From: Octopus vulgaris
Taxonomy: Eukaryota
DNA length: 64,000 bases
Assembly: GCA_951406725.2 (NCBI GenBank)
Contig: OX597830.1
Location: forward strand, 7,750,001 to 7,814,000
Reading direction: 5' to 3'
Below are positions 54,290 to 64,000 of the stretch, one piece after another; the stretch's first letter is position 1; each line of letters starts with the position of its first letter. The notes below the pieces were generated by a model. That model searched no databases and was not told the origin of the DNA. It worked only from the letters and a program-made list of their open reading frames with translations. A program made the position numbers and the translations under genes.

Positions 54290-54810
54290 CCAAGATTGGG
54301 TGTTTGGAATCTGGAATTTTGCCGGGTGCTCACTGCATTGTGCCAGTTGGAGAAAGCTGTTAGCGGGAAAACAACTCAAGATTTTTAAAGAGGTTTAGTT
54401 GAGGGGTATGAGCGACGCTGGTTTAGGATTGACTATTGTCATCGACGAGAACAGAGTGAGTGGTCTCAACTGGAGGACTTTCGAGTCAAAGATCATGGGC
54501 AATTTCCAAAGGCCTTTAGCATAGCCGTGCTATGGGAGGGAACTGCCTGTTCGAGACAAGCTCTTGAAGCATGGAAGTGTCAACAGCTGAATCTGTCCGA
54601 GATGCATGAAGGGAGACGAAACAGTCCTACAAGTAATTGTTCACTTTGCGTGCATTAGCGACTTGTGAGTTTGTGTTGAGCAGCTGCTTTCTCGTGTTAG
54701 ACGAATCCAGCTGCCCACCGAGTGTATACTGAGATTGATATACCACATTCCTTTAGCAGAGAAGAGAGGCAGATCTTCCTCTGCTTAGAGGCTGAGGCTA
54801 AGCAACTTAG
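54290..54810 (+). mobile_element. L1/Tx1-like LINE ORF2 C-terminal (zf-RVT) remnant
   Basis: NFQRPLA*PCYGRELPVRDKLLKHGSVNS*ICPRCMKGDETVLQVIVHFACISDL*VCVEQLL matches the LPVRDRL...CPRC...ET..H...C...W pattern. Confidence 0.75.
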
Positions 54811-55014
54811 TGTTTTTATTTCGATCGCTGTCTCGGAACGAAAATAGGTGTTTTGCGTAAAGTCTTTTAAAATTGCCTTCGCATACACCTACTAATTGTT
54901 CTTTTCAGTTAAATTATCTTGAAGCACTGCTGTGACTTTTGTCTCATAGAAGACTTAGCCTACCTAATGGTCAAGCCGCAGGGTCTACAATTGTGAGTGA
55001 GTTCTTGGTAAGGA

Positions 55015-55345
55015 TTAAGAGTGACTATGTCCTTCAGATTGGTGCAACAGGTGTATGACAATTTTGTCGAACGCCTATTAAAAATCTTTCTGTATTTATG
55101 GATTAATGGGAAATGCTTATCTGAAGAAGCCAGGAGTTTCTTGCATACGTTAGTGTTAACATTTAGGGAGAAGCGGGAGCGAACCATATTATTTTCCAAA
55201 GTGTACGTTTAAGTTTCATATTTTAATTTAAAAGTTTTAAGATATTTGAAGCCGTTGCTGGCTACGGCATTCTTATTGTAGGGGACAAATTTATCGAATA
55301 TTTCCTTTGAATAGGAGAGATTAGATATCCTATTACTGATGTAGG
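55015..55345 (-). mobile_element. Naiad-type PLE remnant (thumb/linker region)
   Basis: FSLNVNTNVCKKLLASSDKHFPLIHKYRKIFNRRSTKLSYTCCTNLKDIV; upstream ISNRISNLSYSKEIFDKFVPYNKNA. Confidence 0.8.
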
Positions 55346-55430
55346 CTATTAAGTTTTTAAACACTGTAGGAGCCTACAAGACTGTTTGGTCTTTGTGCCT
55401 GTAGTAGAAATGATTGTTATTATTATCATT

Positions 55431-55532
<102 letters not shown>

Positions 55533-55533
55533 G

Positions 55534-55911
55534 TTATTACCTCCGCCTTACCGAAGGCGAGAGCATTGTTTACAGCCCTGTTGGTTTGTTTGTTCGCTCG
55601 TTTGCTTGTTTGACCGTGGACAAGATATCTCAAGAACTACTGGATGGATTCGAATGAAACTTTGAGGGATGTTTGGCCTCGTGACTGGCACAAACTGATT
55701 AGATCTTGGGATCGATCCAGTACCGGACAAGAATGCTGGACTAGCTTTCCTGCTCTTTTACTAAATTTTTGAGAGCGGTCGGGTTCATTTTTAGTATTCT
55801 CGTTTGTGAGAGCAGTCGATTTTATTTCAGATATTCTCATTTCAAAAATCATGTCCAGTTAATCGATGATGTTGCCTTGGCGGAGGTTTGCGCTCTCTCA
55901 GTGCTCTTGTT
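55534..55911 (+). mobile_element. Helentron-associated non-autonomous element (HINE/DINE-1-like)
   Basis: Subterminal inverted repeats ACCTCCGCC (55539-55547) and GGCGGAGGT (55879-55887), an internal (GTTT)n tract, an ACTACTGGATGGATT..ATGAAACTT core and a 3' stem-loop GCGCT-ctctc-AGTGC. Confidence 0.8.
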
Positions 55912-55921
55912 ACTATCGGTA

Positions 55922-56010
<89 letters not shown>

Positions 56011-56032
56011 GTTGTTGTTGTTGTTGTTGTTG

Positions 56033-56108
<76 letters not shown>

Positions 56109-56904
56109 GCGCAGACCACTCACATATATTTGTTTTCTGATCCATTGTAGAGATTTTTTACTGATAACGGTGTAGCGTTGTTTATTGCCGGTGTAGCATA
56201 AGTGCGATCTCCTGTTGTCTTACGTTCCCCTTAATGAAGCCTTCTTGATTACATCTTGCTGCGAATCAATCATGGCGATAACGACGAGAAAGGAACGGAG
56301 CTGAAGAGGAATGGACGATGCTCGATAAATCAACGAGAGGAAAGAAAAAAAACTCTTGACGCAGTAGAAGTGATAGTTGGGACTGCCGTCTTGTTTGTCC
56401 TACATGCGACCGCCATCATCATCATCATCATCATTATCGTCATCGCCATCATCATCGTCATCGTCATCATCATCGTCATCGTCATTATCATCGTCATCAT
56501 CATCATCATAATCGTCGTTGTCATCAACATCAGCTGCAGCAGCAGCAATATCGTCCTCATCATCAATATTACCGCCACTAAACCATCATAAACACATCAT
56601 CCTCCTATATCATCATAATCCTCATCTTCATCGTTATCACCATCAACACCATCATCATTATCGTCGCTGTCATCATCATTATCATCATCATCATCACATC
56701 CACCTCCACCGCCACTACAACCATCAGTAACAGCAGCAGTAACATTGTCGTCATCATCATCATCATCATCATAGTGATCATAGGCGTCATCATCATCATC
56801 ATGTCTAGGGAGAGTGACATCGCCATAAATGAAATAGCATCCAGATAAAATATATTGTACTTTATATACTTGTTACGCTTATCTCTTTCTCTCTCTCTCT
56901 TTCT

Positions 56905-57195
56905 CTCTCTCCCAATCTCTGTTTTACTCTCTCTCTCTCTCGCGCGCTTACTCTCTCTCTTTCTTTCATTCTTTCTCCTTCTCTCTCCTCCCTTTCTCAG
57001 TCTCTCTCTCACCCTCTCTTTCATTCTTTTCACTTTTCTCTCTCTCTCTCTTTCAGTCTCTCCCAATCTCTGTTTTACTCTCTCTCTCTCGCGCGCTTAC
57101 TCTCTCTCTTTCTTTCATTCTTTCTCCTCTCTCCTCCCTTTCTCAGTCTCTCTCTCACCCTCTCTTTCATTCTTTTCTCTTTTCTCTCTCTCTCA
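56905..57195. repeat. ~150-bp tandem duplication within a CT-rich tract
   Basis: cccaatctctgttttactc...cgcgcgcttactc...ctcagtctctctctcaccctc occurs at about 56911 and 57062. Confidence 0.8.
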
Positions 57196-57547
57196 CTCTT
57201 TTAGTCTCTTTCGCTCTCTATTTCATTCTTTCTCTTTCTTTCTCTCTCTCCCCCTCCCTCTCTTTCTCTCTCTTTCTCTCTCGGTCTCTTTGTCTTCCTT
57301 TCACCATCAGTTTCTCTCCTTCACTCTTTCTTTCGTTCTTTCTTTTTCTCTCTTTCTCAATCTCTTTCTACTCTCTCTCTCTCTTTATCTCTCACGCTCT
57401 CTTCCCCCATCTATCTGTCTATCTATTTATCAATCTCTCGTACCTATCAACACAACTTCATTCTGATGATGACACCGTCAAGGTCCACCAGTATACATGA
57501 AGACTTTGTTAATTCTACATTTCGAAACAATTACAAATAACTCTTAT

Positions 57548-57782
57548 TTATTTCTTTATTGCCCACAATGGAGTTAAACATAGAAGGGACAAACAATGAC
57601 AGACAAAGGGAGTAAGTCGATTATATCGACCCCAGTGCGTAACTGGTACTCATTTAATCGACCCCGAAAGGATGAATGGCAAAGTCAACCTCGGCGGGAT
57701 TTGAACTCAGAACGTAGCCGCAGACGAAATAATACCTCTAAGCATTTCGCCCGGAAAGCTAACGATTCTGCCAGCTCGCCGC
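57548..57782 (-). mobile_element. SINE family B, young copy (same tail as 52071)
   Basis: Closely similar to 52071-52303. Confidence 0.9.
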
Positions 57783-57817
57783 TCTTCAAATAACCCTTAT
57801 TAATATGAAATCCATCC

Positions 57818-57995
57818 AAGGCGGCAAGCTGGTAGATTTTTTTACACGCCGGCAAAATACTTAGCGGCATTTCGTCCGTCTGTACGATCTCGGTTCAAAT
57901 TCCGCCGAAGTCCATTTTACTTTTCATACTCTCAGGGTCAATAAAAGAAGTACAATTTGAGCACGGTCGTATATATAATCCGCTAGATTCTCCCC
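57818..57995 (+). mobile_element. SINE family B, head-to-head with the preceding copy
   Basis: aaggcggcaagctggtaga ... cggcatttcgtccgtc ... GGTTCAAATTCC. Confidence 0.8.
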
Positions 57996-58098
57996 CAAAT
58001 GACACAGAATAAGGGCTAGGCTTACAAACGGTAAGTTCAGGGGTCGACTTGTTTGACTAAACCCGGTGCTACAGCATGGTCGCAGTCAAAAGAATATA

Positions 58099-58146
<48 letters not shown>

Positions 58147-58462
58147 TATATGAATATACACGCACTCACTCACACATACTCAGGTATATATGTATATAAA
58201 CATAGGGATATTAGCGTACATTATAATTCTGTAGCAAAATTGGAATAATTTTTAGTTGCCTATTTATATTAATGTGTGTGTGAATGTGTGTGTGTTTCTG
58301 TGGGTGAATGATTGCGTATGTGATTCGTGCTTCTGTGTGTTGTAGGAAATGTGTGTGTAGGCATATAGATTTTGATTTATTCATAAACATGAATGCGTAT
58401 GCACATGTATGTGAATAAATGCACGTTCTATATATATATATCTGTGTGTGTGTGTGTGTGTT

Positions 58463-58493
<31 letters not shown>

Positions 58494-58663
58494 ACATGTA
58501 TCCATATTTACATGTACAAAAAGAGCGGAATATACATACAAGTATATGTATAAGCTAATTCAAATTTAATACTGCAGATACAAAAGATTTTATACATTGA
58601 CCTTTATACAAGCATAAATACATACATACATATATATATTTATATTTATATATACGTATATAT

Positions 58664-58760
<97 letters not shown>

Positions 58761-58766
58761 TATATT

Positions 58767-58799
<33 letters not shown>

Positions 58800-58950
58800 G
58801 CATATGTACTATGTATTTATATATATATATATTTATAAATACGCATAAATATACAAATATACGTGCTTGTATATTTATTTATGTACACATACACCTGTTA
58901 TATATGATATATATATATATATATGTGTGTGTGTATATATATATATCCCG

Positions 58951-58981
<31 letters not shown>

Positions 58982-59867
58982 GTGTGTGTGCGTATGTGTA
59001 TGTGTGTATGTGTATGTGTGTGTGTATGTCCACGCGCATATTTGCGCATACATATATTTGAAAGCTTTATGTAGAATTTAAATTTTGAGTGCCATGCGTA
59101 TATGTATGTATCGCATATATCTATATATAAAATTTCTTCTATGTATACACACACACACACACATACACACACACACACATACACACACACACACACATAC
59201 ATACAAGCACACATATGTAGGTATTTGAAACTAAATCTAAAACTTCAATATCACACACACGCACACACACCCTTCCCCCAGCGCCACCACTTCGTATGAT
59301 ATGCTTTGGTTTAGCTTTATATTTCTTGTTCGTTTAATGCGTACATTTAATGTTTCGACAATGACAAATCGTAATTATTTCCTTATTTTACATATTTCGT
59401 TTTTTCCTACACAACGAAGAATTTCAAAACCGGCCGACAATTCAAAACCAAACAACAGCAACATAGACATCATCAAAACATCAAGTGTACAGATTTACAA
59501 ATAAACAATAGACAAAACAAACAGATAAACAATATGTTATAAGAAAAATAAAATGTACGTAAATGGTAAGATATGTAAAGTAATTTTTAATGTATGGACG
59601 TCGGAGAATTGAAATAAAATGTGATAAAAGACAAGAAAGAGTGCATAAGATTGTAGGAACGACGGAAGAATCTTTAGATGAAAAAAAAAAGCGATGAAAA
59701 TGGCGGATTTATGCACGCTTTATGTTTTGTGTTTTCTGTTTGGCAGATGTGGAGAACGGGTGTGAAAGGGAGATAAAAATGTTTTAAGAAGTATTATTTT
59801 TTTTATATTAACATATTTACGTAGTAACCTATATGTATGTATGTATGTATGTGTGTGTGTGTGTGTG

Positions 59868-60035
59868 TGTATGTGTGTATGTGCATATATGTGTTTTTAT
59901 ATGTATGGCGATATGTATGTGTGTGTGTGTGTATGTGTGTATGTGCATATATGTGTTTTTATATGTATGGCGATATGTATGTGTGTGTGTGTATGTGTGT
60001 ATGTGCATATATGTGTTTTTATATGTATGGCCATA
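59868..60035. repeat. ~60-bp minisatellite, about 3 units
   Basis: gtgcatatatgtgtttttatatgtatggc recurs at about 59881, 59943 and 60003. Confidence 0.85.
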
Positions 60036-60160
60036 TGGGGGATTTGTGGGAGGCGTGCGCGGGGGTAACGTAAATGGGGATAAGTAAATGGATTTTAATG
60101 TGTGCGTGTACATATATATACACACATACACATACTTATATACACATAAGCCTTAAGTGT

Positions 60161-60298
<138 letters not shown>

Positions 60299-60797
60299 CC
60301 ACCTTACTCGCAGATAGACAAAAATGCATATTAATACATAAATATATGCATAGATATCCAAATACACGCATTCACTCGTACATACATACATACATACATA
60401 CATACATACATACATACATACATACATACATACATACATACATACATACATACGTTGAAAATATCAAGAACAACTGAAAGATAGTTTACTCCGAAACAAT
60501 TTTCCTGTATTCTATAAAACAGAAATAATTCTGTATATATACATTCGATTATCTTAAACATTAATATGTATAAACTTACATTAACATATATTAACATATA
60601 TTATCATATATAAATAGGAAAACGTAAATAGTCAAAACACTCTCGCTATCTTTTTCACAGTAAGACAAAGAATAAATGACAGAGACGTTAAATATATTAT
60701 AATGAATATGCATTAATTAATTGCATTTCTTAATCAATGCCTGCTTGACCTTTTGCACTGTCGTCTCTATAAGTATACATTAAATATATATATATAT

Positions 60798-61121
60798 ATT
60801 CTTTTATTTGTTTCAGCACCGCCTGTAGTCGAACAAATCGGCTCCAGGACTTATTCTTTGTAACCCTAGAACTTGTTCTATCGGTCTTTTTTGTTGAACT
60901 GCTTGATTACAGGGATGGTGGGGGATAAACACAGATACACAAACATATATACACACATACACAAACTTATATATATATATACGACTGGCTTCATTCAATT
61001 TCCGTCTACTAAATCGACTCACAAGGTTTGGGTCAGCCCGAGGCTATAGCAGAAGACCCTTGCCCAAGGTGCCACGCAGTGGGATTGAACTCGGAACCAT
61101 GTGGTTGGGATGCCTGCACCT
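60798..61121 (-). mobile_element. SINE family A with deletions
   Basis: gtcgaacaaatcg ... gcccaaggtgccacgcagtgggattgaactcggaaccatgtggttgg. Confidence 0.85.
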
Positions 61122-61938
61122 ACATATAATGTATATATATATATACATTCCTACATATGCATATATGTACACACGCACATACACACTCATACACACAAAC
61201 ACAGACACACAAACACACAGACACATATATACACACATACATACGCATATATATGTGTGTGTGTGTGGGTGTGTGTGTGTGTGTGTGTGCACATACATAT
61301 AATCGAGGTGCATGGCTTAGTAGTAAGTGTGTCACACCCATGATCGTAAGTCACTGGTTTCGATTCCTGGACCGTTGTATTGTGCAAAACATTTCATTTC
61401 ACGTTGCCCCAGTCCACTCAGCCGGCAAAAATGAGCAACAATAGTCCGGCGTACCCTCTGGGTGGAGTACCCTCTTTCCCTCTCTTAACACTTCCTCTTC
61501 CATACCACGTGACCAGTGACCGGAAAAAGCGTATTATTATCATTGTCGGTGAAATCTTGTATGATGTAGTACTTTGCAGTGAAACATGGTTTGCACCGTT
61601 CAAAACCATTACTGAAAAGTAAAGATGAAATAATGTAGATTCAACATTTTTCCCAGATCGATTTATATGCTTCATTCGTCATATTTTCATTGGGTTGCGG
61701 TGGACTGGTGCAGTATGTAGATACACAATTACTCTCAGGTTAAATCAAAGCAGTGAATATATTTGAAAGCAAAGTGAAATGAAATACATTGCTGAGCAGC
61801 GCAGGATCGAACCCACAAGTTTACGATCATAAGTCCAATACTCTAATAATATATGTGTGTGTGCGTGTGCGTCTTGCATAAATATTTACATTTTTAAACA
61901 TAAATATAAACACAAAGACACACACGCACACATATATA

Positions 61939-62060
<122 letters not shown>

Positions 62061-62199
62061 CATTATTTGGGGAGAGATTTGTGGTTTTAAAAAAACGCTT
62101 ATATAATAAAAGAAAAGAAACTGTATTTTTATAAAAATAACATAAAGTTATCAATTTGATAATTTTATTCAATATAACCACCAAAAGCATTGATAACTG

Positions 62200-62640
62200 C
62201 CTCTATGATGGGTGGAAATCGCTTACAAGCTCGGATTAAGTGGTCCTTGTTCATATCGGACATGACTCGAACTATGGCCGCTTTCAAAGAATATTTGGTG
62301 TTATGGGGTGTTCATTGATATTTTTCTCAGCGATGCTCCAAACATAGTAGTCCAGTGGATTGAGATCTGGAGAATTAGGAGGCCAAATGTTTTGAGGTGA
62401 TGTGATCATACAAATTATCGGCCATCCATTCTTCTGTCATTTGAGCTTTGTGTGATGGTGCAGAATATTGTTGAAAGACAGAATGCCTTCCATTGCATAC
62501 ACTGTTGATCCAAAGCTTAACAACTTTATCCAGAACTTCGATATACGGAGCCGCATTCATCCTAAGGCTTTGTGGGAAAAAGTGAAGAGGTATCACATGT
62601 CCTTCATCGCTAACAACATCCAAAACCGTGACACTTTCAG
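62200..62640 (-). mobile_element. Tc1/mariner maT (DD37D-like) transposase catalytic-domain remnant
   Basis: VVSDEGHVIPLHFFPQSLRMNAAPYIEVLDKVVKLWINSVCNGRHSVFQQYSAPSHKAQMTEEWM, then (frameshift) WPPNSPDLNPLDYYVWSIAE. Confidence 0.88.
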
Positions 62641-63336
62641 AAAACGATAAATTTATTAATCACGATGGTTCATTTATTTTCGTTCAGTATCTGGCGGTCA
62701 TCTTAGAGGTGTCCCGTGTCAAAAAATATCATTCGTAGCAGACGTTCTCTCGACGTTGTTCACACATGCCTGACTTGGGATCAGAAGTTACAGCCTGAGT
62801 TGTTATTTGTAATCGTAAAAATTGAAAGCAATTGAAATTCAATGTTTTCTTGAAACAATAAATTTCTCTAGAGATTAGGATTTGAATTCCAATCTATGAA
62901 AAGATTCCATTCTGCAATATCCTTAAAGGGATGAAACATTATCCAACAACTCGGGCTAATACGAACGAGCCTGGTAGATGTAAAAGACTAACTGGCATCT
63001 CTTGTCAAGAGTAGAGGCGATGGTCAGATCGCTGGTGTTTGTTGTGCACTCTGCTGTCGTTATTTGATTGCTGTTATTCTGTGCATGTGTGAGCAAAGAT
63101 CAGTTGTGATTTGCGGGGTTGCTTTGTTTTAATCCTTAACTTAGAAATGGAGAAAGACATAGTGCTAGATGTAAAAAAAAGTAAGCCATCGGGGGGCAGA
63201 AAATATTGCAGAAAAACATGAAATTCTTTGAGCAAGCATGTGCCTTATGCGAAATCTGTAATGAGCCTGAGTAACACTGATGACCTGAAGTCGCCTCTGG
63301 TACATACACACATACATACATACACACACACATACA

Positions 63337-63367
<31 letters not shown>

Positions 63368-63387
63368 GTGTGTGTGTGTGTGTGGTT

Positions 63388-63693
63388 CGAGGTGCAATGG
63401 CCCAGTGGTTAGGGCAGCGGACTCGCGGTCGTAAGATTGCGCTTTCGATTTCCAGACCGGGCGTTGTGAGTGTTTATTGAACAAAAACACCTAAAGCTCC
63501 ACGAGGCGCCGGCAGTGGTGGGGGGGCGATTCCTGCTGTACTCTTTCGCCACAACTTTCACTCTTTCTTCTGTTGACCTGCTCGCTTAGCCAGCGGGGTG
63601 GCGTCATTTGAAGGCTAAAACAATGCGAAGCGCATTGTGACCAGCGATGTGTTGTAACATCTGACAGCCCGGTCGGTATCGTGATTACGTGAT
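63388..63693 (+). mobile_element. SINE family C head and core with an alternative 3' tail
   Basis: GAGGTGCAATGGCCCAGTGGTTAGGG ... TTTCGATTTCC; diverges from the 18842 and 45440 copies after about 63575. Confidence 0.85.
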
Positions 63694-64000
63694 ATATATT
63701 TATATATATATATATGCTAGACTTGGTGTCATGTCCGTGTGTGTGTATATATATATACATATATAAATATGTGTGTGTATGTATAAATATCATTTATATA
63801 TATATATATCTTTATATCACATATGCACACAGTGTAGGTACTAATATGTACACTCACACAAACATTCAAACTCACAATGACATATACTAGCAGACGCATT
63901 TACAAATATATACACATTATTTGGTCTTAAGTCCGAGTAGAAAGAGATTGCGTATGTGTCAGTGTTTTTGTGTGTGTTTTTGCTTGCATGTGTATGCGCG

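Overview
This is a eukaryotic, AT-rich, microsatellite-saturated intronic or intergenic window with no recognisable host protein-coding gene. Almost all ORFs in the supplied track are translations of (AT)n, (GT)n, (AAT)n, (GATA)n and (TATG)n repeats. The tRNA-derived SINE families and extreme microsatellite load suggest an octopus (coleoid cephalopod) genome; this is my inference and was not checked against a database. The non-simple sequence is mostly transposon debris: three tRNA-SINE families, Naiad-type Penelope-like elements (PLEs; one GIY-YIG endonuclease frame still open), R4/Dong-like, HERO-like, RTE, Tx1/L1-like and Vingi-like LINE fragments, Tigger/pogo, maT-like and rosa-like mariner remnants, a pogo-type MITE and a Helentron-associated HINE. 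The most interesting signal is at least six hammerhead-ribozyme (HHR) cores, plus degenerate ones, in several short non-coding elements, most of which abut (AT)n or related microsatellite tracts. One combines a Pol III tRNA head with an HHR. Another has two inverted HHR arms around an inverted 89-bp copy of its own upstream flank. Also notable are a ~545-bp non-coding retroposon confined to (AAT)n tracts, a 487-bp near-perfect palindrome and a pre-miRNA-sized hairpin. Family assignments come from by-eye motif recognition. Boundaries of degenerate elements are approximate (about +/-20 bp).
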